A stretch of 64,000 bases of DNA from Octopus vulgaris (taxonomy: Eukaryota), in the NCBI GenBank assembly GCA_951406725.2, contig OX597824.1, forward strand, positions 55,738,001-55,802,000, written 5' to 3'. Made by a program: the position numbers and the translations under genes. Of this stretch, positions 1 through 12,091 are shown piece by piece. The first letter of the stretch is position 1. Every line of letters begins with the position of its first letter. The notes below the pieces were generated by a model. The model searched no databases and was not told the origin of the DNA. It worked only from the letters and a program-made list of their open reading frames with translations.

Positions 1-13
1 ACATATATATATA

Positions 14-415
14 TACTCTCTTTACTTGTTTCAGTCATTTGACTGTGGCCATGCTGGAGCACCGCCTTTAATTGAGCAACTCGACCCCGGGACTTATTCT
101 TTTTGTAAGCCCAGTACTTATTCTATCGGTCTCTTTTTGCCGAACCGCTAAGTAACGAGGACATAAACATACCAGCATCGGTTGTCAAGCAATGCTAGGG
201 TGACAAACACAGATGCATAAACACACACACACGTATATATATATATATATATATATACGACGGGCTTCTTTCAGTTTCCGTCTACCAAATCCACTCACAA
301 GGCTTTGGTCGGCCCGAGGCTATAGCAGAAGACACTTGCCCAAGGTGCCACGCAGTGGGACTGAACCCAGAACCATGTGGTTGGTTAGCAAGCTACTTAC
401 CACACACAGCCACTC
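14..415 (-). mobile_element. tRNA-derived SINE (abundant family, several copies in window)
   Basis: Minus strand starts GAGTGGCTGTGTGTGGTAAGTAGCTTGC...GGGTTCAGTCCC (A/B-box-like head), then GCACCTTGGGCAAGTGTCTT, an internal (TA)n/(CA)n tract and an AGAGTA-type tail; matches copies at 8757, 27778, 50340, 60730. Confidence 0.85.
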
Positions 416-439
416 TATATATATATATATATATATATA

Positions 440-906
440 GATAAGAAAGTTGGTTTGTGAAAGCACATGGGTGAATATATAGAAAAAAGCAAAGAGTGAA
501 AAAACTACAGAAGGCTTAAATGTTAAAAAATATATATATTTGCGTCAATATGTCTGAAGAATATTAGAAAATTTTTTTAAAAATTTTTTTCTCTTATAAT
601 GACATAATTTAAAAGAAAGACCGGTTTCGCGTGTAGCTTTTCAAATTTCTTGCGACGTTATGTTTATGTTGAATAGAGTTTTCATTATGTTTATGTTCAA
701 GAGAGTTCTAAATAAGGGAAGGTAGTGAGTGATTTCTTCCGCTGTAAGGGAGATAATCGCTTAAAAATTTTTTCCTTTCCCTTGGTGTGAATTTCTCTGT
801 ATCAGTATGTTCGGATAGTTGAGTCTGGGCTTGTACTTTTCAATGAAGAATGTTTCCTTGTTTAGTCTAATTTGTGTTGATGATCCGAAAGCACATTGGT
901 AAAATG
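440..906 (-). mobile_element. 3' end of a Penelope-like element (GIY-YIG C-terminus plus pLTR region)
   Basis: Minus strand about 815-906 translates PFYQCAFGSSTQIRLNKETFFIEKYKPRLN (PLE endonuclease C-terminal E..FI..KP.LN motif), followed by an HHR-like motif and ending at (TA)n. Confidence 0.65.
613..651 (-). ncRNA. type I minimal hammerhead ribozyme, U3-A8 core variant
   Basis: Minus strand: AAGAAA-(T)-TTGAAAA-GC tacac GC-GAAA-CCGG-TC-TTTCTT; 6-bp stem I, 2-bp stem II, palindromic stem III. Confidence 0.5.
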
Positions 907-1305
907 GATTCATATTTACATCTTTATCTGTATATTTACCTTCCCTAAGATGTTATTAATTGATTTGAAAACTTTATATTATTGGAAAACCTATATAAAA
1001 TTAGCTGAAGATTACTCAGCATCTTAAATCTGCTGTAATATTTACAGGTTTTAATAAAATGTAGTATGAAACAATTGTACTAAATTACCAGATTCATTCT
1101 TGTTGCTTATTTTTTGTATATATATAATTTAGTACAATTGTTTCATACTACATTTTATTAAAACCTGTAAATATTACAGCAGATTTAAGATGCTGAGTAA
1201 TTTTCAGCTAATTTTATATAGGTTTTCCAATAATATAAAGTTTTCAAATCAATTAATAACATCTTAGGGAAGGTAAATATACAGATAAAGATGTAAATAT
1301 GAATC
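907..1305. repeat. 181-bp near-perfect inverted repeat (907-1087 / 1125-1305) of a PLE pLTR segment
   Basis: The arms are reverse complements with a 37-bp spacer; each arm contains an HHR motif. Confidence 0.9.
1001..1083 (+). ncRNA. type I minimal hammerhead ribozyme (PLE-associated)
   Basis: TTAG-CTGAAGA(1005-1011)-long stem II-GAAA(1068-1071)-CAATTG-TA-CTAA; same family as the HHR at 32941. Confidence 0.65.
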
Positions 1306-1778
1306 TTAGGAATATGTGGTCATGTAGTTCAGATGCCAACTGACCAAAATCTTGTTTACAACAGACTGCTATAAAAAAATTTCTTTAGTTATATGGATTG
1401 GGGTAAGGTTAAGAATTCAAGTTAGTTGAAGAAAAGAGGAGGAAAATTCAGGAAATGTAAAAGAAGAACAGGTTGTCACTAGAACAAAGGGTCAATCTAT
1501 CTGTGGAGACAAAAAAATTTAGGTCAGTGTAGAAAGATCATTAAATACTTAGGAACATATAAGGTAGTAGGTCAGCTACTAACTGACCAAAAACCCTACT
1601 TGCCACTGAGAGCCATCAGAATTTTTTAGTAGGGATTTAGGTAAGGGGATGTGATAGAATACTGTAAAAGGGATTTAAGTTAGTTACAGAAAAAAGGAAG
1701 AATTTAGAATACATAAAGGGAATTCAGATTGTCACTAGAACAAAAAGCCACTTCATTTGAATCTAAATTGTTGGTGAA

Positions 1779-1818
<40 letters not shown>

Positions 1819-1822
<4 letters not shown>

Positions 1823-2638
1823 GTTTTTTCCCCCATACCTTTGTGAGTTGATTTGAGCAAACACTATCTGAGAGAGATCTTCTTTAAGTATTAGAAATAG
1901 CTAAAGAAATTTCTTTAGCTGCTATTTCTAATGAGTTCAGTATGTGGCAAAGTAATTTATTTTACTAAGCCCTTATATATATTGTAATATTTTGAATTCG
2001 CCTAAAATGGTCCCTTTACATACTGAATACTTGGTGAAATTGATTAATAATTAATTAATTTTACCCTCAATTGTTGAAATTATAATTCATCTCTCTCTGT
2101 TTAATGCTGCGGTTTTCACCGATAAAACATAGTGTTTGTCATTTTTAACCCACGCTGGTGGAAAGGGGAGAGCAGAAATTCTTCGCTTGCATATTTTTGA
2201 ATTTGATAGCACTTTTAGTTCGAGCAGAATTCTAGAGGTGATAAGAAGCCGAAAGGGTATGCTCCCACTTTCAGTGTTCCCAAATCCGATTCAAGGAGTT
2301 CTGAGCTGACGAAAGAAATGTCGATTTGACTAATCTAGAAACGTACGTTCTCAAATAACCTTTGCACTTGATTTTTTAATGTTTTTTCCCCCATACCTTT
2401 GTGAGTTGATTTGAGCAAACACTATCTGAGAGAGATCTTCTTTAAGTATTAGAAATAGCTAAAGAAATTTCTTTAGCTGCTATTTCTAATGAGTTCAGTA
2501 TGTGGCAAAGTAATTTATTTTACTAAGCCCTTATATATATTGTAATATTTTGAATTCGCCTAAAATGGTCCCTTTACATACTGAATACTTGGTGAAATTG
2601 ATTAATAATTAATTAATTTTACCCTCAATTGTTGAAAT
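1819..2638 (+). mobile_element. non-coding HHR element: about 1.5 tandem copies of a 558-bp unit between (TA)n tracts
   Basis: Direct repeat 1819-2080 = 2377-2638 (offset 558, apparently identical); HHR at 2302-2353. Confidence 0.75.
2302..2353 (+). ncRNA. type I minimal hammerhead ribozyme
   Basis: TGAG-CTGACGA(2306-2312)-imperfect stem II-GAAA(2338-2341)-CGTACG-TT-CTCA. Confidence 0.7.
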
Positions 2639-2669
2639 ATATATATATACATATATATATGTGTGTGTA

Positions 2670-2984
2670 TCACCATGATCACTGTAACTGACCAGGCTAT
2701 CAGATGTTGCTACACATCGCTGGTTACAATGCACTTCGCATTGTTTTAGCTTTGTTTTCAAATAATGCCACCCCAATGGCTAAGCGAGCTGGCCAACAGA
2801 AGAAAGAATGAGAGAAAGTTGTGATAAAAGAGTACAGCAGGGATCACCACCACCCTCTGCCGGAGCCTCATGGAGTTTTAGGTGTCTTCCCTCAATAAAC
2901 ACTCACAACACCCGGTCTGGGAATCGAAACCACAATCCTACAACCGTGAGTCTGTTGCCCTAACCACTGGGTCACTGCGCCTCC
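2670..2984 (-). mobile_element. tRNA-derived SINE (second family)
   Basis: Minus-strand head GGAGGCGCAGTGACCCAGTGGTTAGGG...GGTTTCGATTCCC (A and B boxes). Confidence 0.75.
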
Positions 2985-3074
2985 ATGTGTGTGTATATAT
3001 ATACATATATATATACATACACACACACACACTCAGACACACACACATATATACACATGTGAATGTATATATAT

Positions 3075-3560
3075 GATGGCTGCCCCCTCGTTATCGAGTA
3101 TGGCCATTGCACGAAGCTTAACTGTTATTGGTGCTGTGATCAAATGTGACTTTTTAGCCCAGCTAACGATCTACAATGTCTTGTACAGAATTGGCAACTA
3201 AAACCTTTACTGGCAATAGCCAGCTGTAGTTGTAACTGGGCTTCATGTCGTTTAAGTCCTCCTGCTGAATTACACTCTCTTCCTGATATATGATTAGTAT
3301 GGTGTGTAACATACCGACTTCAACATATAATACCCCCTCAATGAAGTCTTCAACGTTTCTTCTTTTTTTTTTTTTTGAAGACTGAGAGGCTGGTTTGTTG
3401 GCCTGGTTGTCACTCATCTGTCTTGCTTTATGACTATGAAGATGACTCTTGAGTCCAGCTTTACTGAGGCAGGGTCTTGCACAGACACTGCATGTCAGCA
3501 TCATAGGAAGTTCGTTCCAATCTAGAAGTGTAACAGTGATGCCCTTCCTGACATCCCTCC
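3075..3560 (-). mobile_element. 3' fragment of RTE/BovB-like LINE
   Basis: ORF 3163..3504 begins with a C2H2 finger CSVCARPCLSKAGLKSHLHSH typical of RTE ORF C-termini. Confidence 0.6.
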
Positions 3561-4337
3561 TTACTTTCGGATCTTTTCAATTTCGAAGCCAGGACCCCAG
3601 ATCTTTCTAGTTAACTAAATAATTTGAAACTTCGTGTACTCGTAGAGTGTCTCAAAACAAGACACAAGTTGGAACTAGTTTATTTGAGAAAAATCTATTT
3701 TATGACTTTAATCGTAGATTAAAACTGAGAATTTTAGCCAATCGTATTGTCTGTATTTATGTGAACTTATTATCTGTGTAGTGTTCACTGTGACGTGGAA
3801 AGCAATTTGTCAAAATGTAAACAATTGCTTTATCGTAATCGTACACAGTTTTTCAGTTCCCTAGAATTATATTTGAAACAAAATAAAAAGAAAAAGATTC
3901 ATACGCATAAATATCCATCCTTAGACATCAGAAAGATTAGAAATGCAACAAAAATTTAAAATACCGGATCTTTACCTTTCAAACTTCGTGGAGTATATAT
4001 AAAATTTATGTAGATCCTGAGTATATATAAAATGAGTGTTTAAATTATTTTCCATTGTTTACCTTGGTTATGCTTATATTTATTTTTATACACACACACA
4101 CACACACATGTATACAAACATATGCATATATATATATATACACCTATACACACATATTCTAATGCATATGCATATATGTGTATATATTCATAATGTGTGT
4201 GTATTATAGATGCATGAATTATATATATTTATAAAAGATGTTTACATACAATATATATATATGTTATATACATCTACATGTATATGTATGTATGAATATA
4301 TAAGTACCACAGAATTTGAATCAAAACTGTTTTGATC

Positions 4338-4371
<34 letters not shown>

Positions 4372-4989
4372 TACATACATACATACACACATACATACAT
4401 AGATACATACATACATAGACACATACATACAGATACACATACACCAAGTATTCACTCGAAAAACTAAACACTGAATCGGCCATACATACATGTGTGACAT
4501 ACACACACATACATACACACACACACACACACATAGATACACACACACACACATACATACACACACATACATACATAGATACATACACACACACACACAT
4601 ACATACAGATACACATACACCGAGTATTCACTCGAAAAAACTAAACATCGTTATAGTTTTACACACACATACATACATAGATACATACACACACATACAC
4701 ACACATAGATACACACACACACACACATACATACACACACATACATACATAGATACATACACATAGTTTTGTTTACATTTCAGATACCATATGTTTAATA
4801 CGTCACCAAATTGGTGGTCGAGACGGAGTAAATAATATGAAGCCGAATGACGGAATACCATTGGTTAAAATTCTAATTATTAAACAATGTTAAACTTAGA
4901 AGTTACAATTCCGTTTTCATTCTGGTTTACAATTAAGTTTACTTTTGACACATTCTACCAGTATACGAAGTTTCAAATTGTTTGGTTCA

Positions 4990-5330
4990 GTAGGAAAAAT
5001 TTGAAAAAACTGGCTTCAGGAATGAAAAGATTCTTACTTTCTCATGTGCAACTTGAGATTTCTCAAAAGTAGCTGTCCCCTCGTGCACAATCCCTCTCCA
5101 CCTGCTATGATCAATAGCTATGCCTTCCCATGTGTCAGGAGAGATGCAAGCATCTCCTAAGGAAGCATTCAGCAAGTCCTTATACCTCTTTTTGGGTTTA
5201 TGTGGGGGTCACTCTCCTTTAGCTAACTCCCCATAAAAGATTTGTTTTGGCATCCTTGAATCTTTCATCCTGACCAGATGACCACTCCATCTGAGCCTTT
5301 GCTTTGACACAAGAGCTTCTATACTTTCTA
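4990..5330 (-). mobile_element. RTE/BovB-like LINE fragment
   Basis: Translates WEGIAIDHSRWRGIVHEG, with LRWSGHLVRMKDSRMPKQIFYGEL upstream. Confidence 0.7.
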
Positions 5331-5476
5331 TATATATACATACACACACACACATATATATACATGTGAATGTCGATGATGAAAATGAGTGCTCAACACT
5401 GCATTGATGGATATAATTTCTTAACCTGAGAATGAATTAAGGTTACCTTTGGTTTCATGTTATATATATATATATA

Positions 5477-5886
5477 CTAGCAGCTAAGCTCGGTTTCACC
5501 CGGTCTGTTTGGATGATGTGGCTGTGATCGTTTTCAGTCAGGCATAATCTATAAGAGCGTTTCTCAACCTTATCATTTCGGGTCCCCTGTTTCAATTAGA
5601 GCCTCCATCCATATGAAAATTTCCTGACCCCACTCCATCAGAAAACAGCTTCTAAGCAACTGGTTGTTTTAATGGCAGAAGAAAGAGGAGAATTCCATTA
5701 GAAAAGGTTTTAATCGATTTTCTCAGTAAACATGGATGCTAGGAAAAAAATACAAACCGAATTCCAATCTATGCACCCGTATCCACATGTGTGCCATTTT
5801 TTATGCAAATCCACCCAGCCGTTTGGCTGTGAACCTCAAGACAAGAAAGAATACAACGATCGCCCATGTCCAATTTATATTATAGA
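5477..5886 (-). mobile_element. non-autonomous Helitron-like element
   Basis: Minus strand begins TCTATAATATAAA and ends with hairpin CCGGGTGAAACCGAG followed by CTAG, in AT-rich flanks. Confidence 0.55.
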
Positions 5887-6652
5887 TATCTAAATGTGTG
5901 TGTGAGTGAGCACATGCATGCATCTATATATGTGTGCATGTGTGCATCTATATATGTGTATGTGTGTGTGGGTGTGTGCATGTATGTCTCTCATCGTTGT
6001 CATCATCATCATCATCATTGTTTAACACGTTTTTCATGCATGCAGGGGTAGGACGGTAGAAGACCACCTCAGGCTACTGTGTCTGTTTTGGCAGGGTTTT
6101 TATGGCTGGATGCCCTTCCTAATGTGTGCGTGTGTGTGAGTGTGTGTGTGATCATTCCTTCTCCTCATTGTTTAAACATCCATTTTCCATTCTGGCACTG
6201 TGGTTGGGTTGATTTGACAGGACCCAGCAAACAGCAGGGCTGCATCAAGCTCCAGCATCTGCTTTGTCATGCGTTCTCCACCTCTATGCCCTTTCTAACG
6301 CAAACCCCTTTACAGCATGTACTGGGTGCTTTGTTTCATGCCACCAGCATTAGTGAGGCAACCAAGTAACTTGCAAGACAGGAGCAGAACAAGGAAAGGA
6401 AAAAGGCCCCTTGACTTAGTGGAGAGGGCACTATTTCAAGGAAAGGGGTGTTGGTTTTATGCCAGGTATAGGGAGATTAAAGTGTGATAGAGGGACAAGA
6501 GCAGATTTGATGCTATAAAGGAGATGGTTTATAGCAGTGCTTCTCAACTGGGGTCCCTGGAACCCAAGGGTTACACAAAAGGTTCCTAGGGGTTCCCCAA
6601 GAAAAAGTAAGATAAGCTAATGCTAATTTCATGATTGTAATATTACTATACA

Positions 6653-6965
6653 TGGAGGCACATGGCCTAGTGGTTAGAGCAGCAGATTTGCAGTCGAGGA
6701 ATCGCAGGTTCGAATCTCAGACCAGGTGATGCGTGTGTTTATGAGTGAAACACCTAAGTTCCACGCAACTCCGGCAGAAGGTAATGGTGAACTTCTGCTG
6801 ACTCTTTCGCCACCACTTTCTCTCACTCTCTCCTCCTGCATTTAGCAGCTCGCCTGCAACAGACCAGCGTCCCGTCCAGGTGGGGAACCTATATGCCAAC
6901 GAAACTGGGAAGCCAGCCCTTATTGGCCAGGCATGGCTCAAGAAGGAACAAACAACAAACAAACA
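6653..6965 (+). mobile_element. tRNA-derived SINE nested in the hAT MITE
   Basis: TGGCCTAGTGG A box, GGTTCGAATC B box, (AAC/AAAC)n tail. Confidence 0.8.
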
Positions 6966-7207
6966 ATATTACTATAGATGTACAACATATTATTGGTTAT
7001 TATAATATTGTAATATAGATATCATCCTACCTAACCTATTATGTTGTCAAAAATATATAACAACCATTTATATAGGGGGCGGGGAGAATTCACAAAAAAA
7101 CAAAAGACAAAGACAGGTGGTGTAGACAACAAACAGATGTATTAGTATAATGGTCGGGAAGTGAAAAAGTCTTTAACGTTTCGAGCCTATGCTCTTCCAT
7201 AGAAAGG

Positions 7208-7254
<47 letters not shown>

Positions 7255-7335
7255 CAATTGCAGCATAGAAGGTGTTTATAAGCCATTTAAGAAACACACA
7301 AAAGCCGTTAGATTCACTTCAACATTTAAATTTAA

Positions 7336-7386
7336 TTTGTCAAAATATTTTCGGCGCTTTGAGACCGCGAACTGTTCACTAACAAA
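7336..7386 (-). ncRNA. hammerhead-like motif, G3-C8 core variant, in a ~150-bp insert between (TA)n tracts
   Basis: Minus: TTTGTTA-GTGAACA-gttCGC..GCGcc-GAAA-ATAT-TT-TGACAAA; 7-bp stem I. Confidence 0.5.
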
Positions 7387-8756
7387 ATTCTGTGCTGCAT
7401 CTTATATATATATATATATAATATTTACCACGTGAGCTGCGATGAAAAAAATATGTAATAGATATGGTATATAATTTTTTTTTTGTGCAAGGGTTCCTTG
7501 AGACATGTAATTTATTTTAAGGGTTATGCAAGGGTAAAATGGTTGAGAAATACTGGTCTATAGCATCTATAGATGCTATAGAGGAGATGGTCACTCTGCA
7601 TTTCATAAGGGTGGCTGGGAGTAACTGAGAAGAAGAAAATAAAGGGGGTAGTGAAAGAGTACCAGAGTAAACTACCAGGAGCAAGGAAGTGAGCACAAGA
7701 GAGGATATGGTCAGTGAATGAGGAGGGTAAAGGAGAAGGGTGTGTGGTTATAAGAATGTGAGGGGAGGAGTAACAGATGGTTAGAGGTGGGGGTAGAGAT
7801 GAGTGTAATGAGTGATGAAACAGGTGGAGGTGTAGCATGGTGGGAGATATCAATATGGGTGAGGGTGGGTGGTTAACGCGAGACAGAGAAAGAGGTTACT
7901 CAGGAATGAGAGGTCAGGAAGTATGGAAAGATGACCAAGGCTTAGGGAGAGTGGAGCAGGAGATGTAGAGGGAGATAAGGGTGACTACAGTGAGTGTGGC
8001 ACAGCAACAGGTATAAGAGGTATTAAGATGGGGTACAGCAGAGGAGGAGAGGAGATGAGTGGAGGCTGAGAAAGGAAGTAATCAGTGAAAATAGTGTGAA
8101 AAGGGATGATGATGAGAATGAGGGATGGAAGTTGTGCGTGGGGGGGAGGCAGTAATTGGTGGTACAAAAGAAGTGTCACCAATGGACTGTCAAAGCCTAG
8201 GATAGATGATGACAATGACAATTTGACAAGTACTTTACTTTATTGACCCCCCAGGTGGGTAACAGTCAAATTTCATCTCAGCTTAATAATCCTTTTTACT
8301 ATAGGCACAAAGCCTGAAATTGGGGGGGGGGTCGTTTTCATCGTCTCCAGGGCGTAACTGGTACTTATTTAATCAACTCCAAAAGGATAAAAAGCAAAGT
8401 CAACCTCTGTGGAATTTGAACTCAGAAGATGGACAAAATACCACAAAGCATTTTGCCTGGTGTGCTAACACTTCTGCCAGCTGGCCATCTTACCTCAGGT
8501 AAATGATAACAAATCGCAATATCTCTGGAGAACATCTACAGTTATTTTGAAACTTATAAGATAACTGGAAGTTAATAGAGAACCCATGAAATATATACTG
8601 TATTGCCTGTGTACAAGGCACACCTTTTGTTTACTTTTAAATATATCAAAATATTGTTAGGCATCTGACGTGGCCCTATTATGGATGAGAGACCGACTGT
8701 TGTAGGGCTGGAGCATAAGATGAGCAGAAGTTTGCTAAGCATAATAATTGTTACTA

Positions 8757-9005
8757 ATACTCTCTTTTAATTGTTTCAGTCATTTGACTGCGGCCATGCT
8801 GGAGCACCGTCTTTAGTTGAGCAAATCGACCCAAGGACTTATTCTTTGGAAGCCTAGTACTTATTCTATTGGTCTGTTTTGCTGAACCGCTAAGTTACGG
8901 GGACATAAACACACCAGCATCGGTTGTCAAGCAATGTTGGGGTGACAAACACAGAACCATGTGGTTTGTAAGCAAGCTACTTACCACACAGCCACTCCTG
9001 CACCT
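8757..9005 (-). mobile_element. SINE copy with internal deletion
   Basis: Homologous to 14-415, lacking the middle part. Confidence 0.8.
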
Positions 9006-9145
9006 ATATATATATAGGTGCAGGAGTGGCTGCATATATATATATAATTAATTCCCCAAAAACGAAAAAACACACAAGAAAAATAACTGTGTTGGTGTGG
9101 TACATGTAACGTATTAAAAGATGCTCAGGGAAGGAAAGAAAGGGT

Positions 9146-9180
9146 GTTTTACATTTCGAGCAAAGCTATTCTTCAGAAAC
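9146..9180 (-). ncRNA. degenerate ultra-minimal hammerhead motif
   Basis: Minus: GTTT-CTGAAGA-atAGCtttGCTc-GAAA-TG-TA-AAAC. Confidence 0.45.
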
Positions 9181-9739
9181 AGAAGATAGAGGAAAGTCCT
9201 AGAGAAAATGAAGAAGGAGGAAAAAAATCGCCAACAATCCACATGTAGCTACATTTTTGAATATATATATGTATATATACATGTATGTATATATACATAC
9301 ATGTTGTGGTGCACCTGAGCATTGTATACAATAATTTAATTATATTTTATTATATTATATTATATATATATATACACACACACACACATAAAAATTTTAA
9401 CAAAGGAGCGCATCATAAATAAATTACACACAGCCTAACAAGCATTCCCATATTACAATCCTGTCCATACATAACTAATGTGAACATTAACACCCACAAC
9501 TGATTAATCCAACTGAACCTAAGGAACTTTATTTGATCAACTTGTATTTAGACATCTAATTTTACAATCTAGATCTATCTCTCTATATATATATTGATAT
9601 ATGGTATCTACATATTTATCTACATGTATGTGAGTTTATGTATATGTATGTATGTGTATAGGTGTGTGAATGTGTATATGTGTATACATATGTATATTTA
9701 TATAATGTGTATATGTATATACATATGTATTTATATAAT

Positions 9740-10130
9740 GCCTGTGAAGTAGATAGAAATTGGAAAATGAAAGAAGTTGTATACCAAGCAACTACTATAA
9801 CTCAGGACTCCTCTATACACATATACATGTATTGCACCCAAAACTCAATTAAATCGAGAATTTCTAACCCTAAATCTTCTTTTAGGGACAATCGAAAAGA
9901 GAATAGTACAGGGCTATCTAAAAATATTTGGCACCTCCAAAGAAACAATATTAATTTCTCCATTTCTTGGAAAATCCTATCTTCTTCCCCCTCTTATACA
10001 AATAGTAATAAAATTTGTAGGTTATATTTAGAAGAAAGCTTTAACATAATGAGGATGAAATTTGGCTTATACTAGGGATGAAAAAGTTTCCTCATGTAAA
10101 CACATGATCAAATTCCTATTCATTAATCTA
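9740..10130 (+). pseudogene. decayed GIY-YIG endonuclease of a Hydra-type PLE
   Basis: VVYQAT...IKSRISNPKSSF...STGLSKNIWHLQ...WKIL...CRLYLEE aligns by eye with the C-terminus of ORF 30738-32126. Confidence 0.75.
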
Positions 10131-11648
10131 ATATAACTCTTTACTCACCTTTTGTTTAGTTTGAATTTTTTAAAAATATCCCCTTTACAATACTATATCT
10201 TATACTATCTGTGTAGATTTTTCTTTAACATTTCCTTCTGGCAACTGCATGACCCACTATATACAGGGCCATCAATTTATCACCACATGTCTGGATATAG
10301 GAACTTATATCTTTCTTTAGTATGTAATATACATATACATTTTTGTATTTTATATTGTGTCCATGTACTCCACGCTCTGAACATACCTATTCTAACTATT
10401 ACTTGTTTATGTTATTAGTTACTATACCTTATAATAACGTATACTTTACTACTGGTGTATGTACTCATATATGCACATGTATGACTTTAAGGTGATCTAC
10501 ATGTCCACATCCATGAATACATATCTAGGTATTGATATTATATCTACCTATGTGTGTAAACTTATCTATATATATATATATGTGTGTGATTATTTTTATG
10601 TATATATGTAAGTACAGTCATGTATACGAATTTGAATGTGTGTATCTATGTATATATGTATGTTCGCACATATATATATAAATATATATACAATTTATTG
10701 TGTCAGTGTGCCCTTCTTTTTGCACATGTATGGATATATTTGTAGTTTTTTAATGTATACCTTAATCATATATCTACATGAATTCCTGTATCTATATACT
10801 CATGCCTCTACATACGCATGACTAATCCTACACACACTCTACTCCTTGTTAGATTATCTTTCTTCTATATTAAGTGTAAATTTTTGTACATTTATGTGTA
10901 CCTATAAAAATAGGATCACATGCGGTCGTATCATATAGGGAATACAATCGCACGTGATCCTATTCTTAATGATTATTTTACAGACCATATAATACATACA
11001 GCGGCAATAGAACACAAGTGGAATGACAACAAGATTTCTTTTTGAGATATATACATTATTTATTTTACATATTTTACAATCATGCTGATGTTGGGAGTTT
11101 GTGAGTGTTAGCATGTTTTTGTGTCTGTGTGTTCGTGAGGCATAAAAGGTACTGACCAGAGAAATAACAATGGAATTTGGTTCACAGTTCATGTTGTTGG
11201 TATCAGTCCAGCAACCGGTAGTAGCAGATGGCTTAAGGTAGTTCTTAGAAGAACTAGAACTCAAGACAGATAATTGATTTACCGTTTATGAGGTACATGG
11301 AGTGTAAGAGTTCCATATCAAGATGTTGCATCTCGTAGTTGAGATTAATTGAATCACTTGTTGTGTTTTATCTTTCTCTTGATATGAATATACTTCCAGA
11401 TATATTAACTGTAGCCATTTTTCCCGTGGTGATATTTTCACCTAACTGCTATAGTTGAATCTGTAGTTGTCTTGTGTACAAATTAAACCTTAGTAGATAG
11501 AGACGATGTTTGGTGATGAGTTGTGTCTGTCACTTGGTTTTTGCTGCGTCTTCATTATATATTCTGCTTGGTTATTTTCTCTAGTTATAGATATCCTGTA
11601 ACCGTTCTTTTCGTGGTGATATTTTCACACTAACAGTATGAGAGGTAT

Positions 11649-12091
11649 CTGTAACATCTTGTATTAATGGTGGTCGCCTGCCTTTCGAACTGGAACATGG
11701 TCGAGTATGCTCTGTGTGGTTAGCCCTGAGAAGGACTAGAACCAAAGACGAACTCTGTGGTCAGAGGTTAGTCCTGAGAAGGACTAGAAACCAAAGACGG
11801 ATATTTGTCTGAGAACACTTCTTTTATAAGGTTTATGTAGCTCAAAACGAACTTCAGAAATGGAAAGCTGTGATTGGCTGCTTGGAACAAATGGCGCGAA
11901 AATAAGCGGAGGCAAATCGCGTCACGTGACAACCAGCGGTGCGAACGTAGTAGAGACCACGTGTCAGCCAATCGGATTAGTGTTTACAACAATGTTAAAC
12001 TAGCCGAAGATGTTTGTAATCTCGAACGAGATTATTCTTAATACTCTTCTCAAACAGTGAAGATAGCAATGAAGGAAACGATATTGCTACA
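11649..12091 (-). mobile_element. possible LTR-like segment
   Basis: TGTAACA...TGCTACA termini, TATAAAA on the minus strand, internal ~45-bp duplication (11718-11800); no TSD or PBS confirmed. Confidence 0.3.

Larger units (their letters stand above)
6535..7555. mobile_element. hAT (Charlie-like) MITE with nested insertions
   Basis: TIR CAGTGCTTCTCAAC / GTTGAGAAATACTG; 8-bp TSD GTTTATAG/GTCTATAG (1 mismatch). Confidence 0.7.

Noticed and set aside
554-560. CTGAAGA heptamer
   Set aside because: No flanking stems or downstream GAAA-stem III-UH arrangement
4242-4766. YVCM/HTHT-rich ORFs (also 28858-29214, 41020-41879, 49788-50270)
   Set aside because: Translations of (CA)n, (TA)n and (CATA)n microsatellites
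6653-6730. Possible tRNA gene
   Set aside because: A and B boxes are present but it continues into a SINE body and tail, with no proper acceptor stem
11198-11210. TGGTATCAG as a tRNA-Met PBS
   Set aside because: Short match, not adjacent to a convincing LTR end
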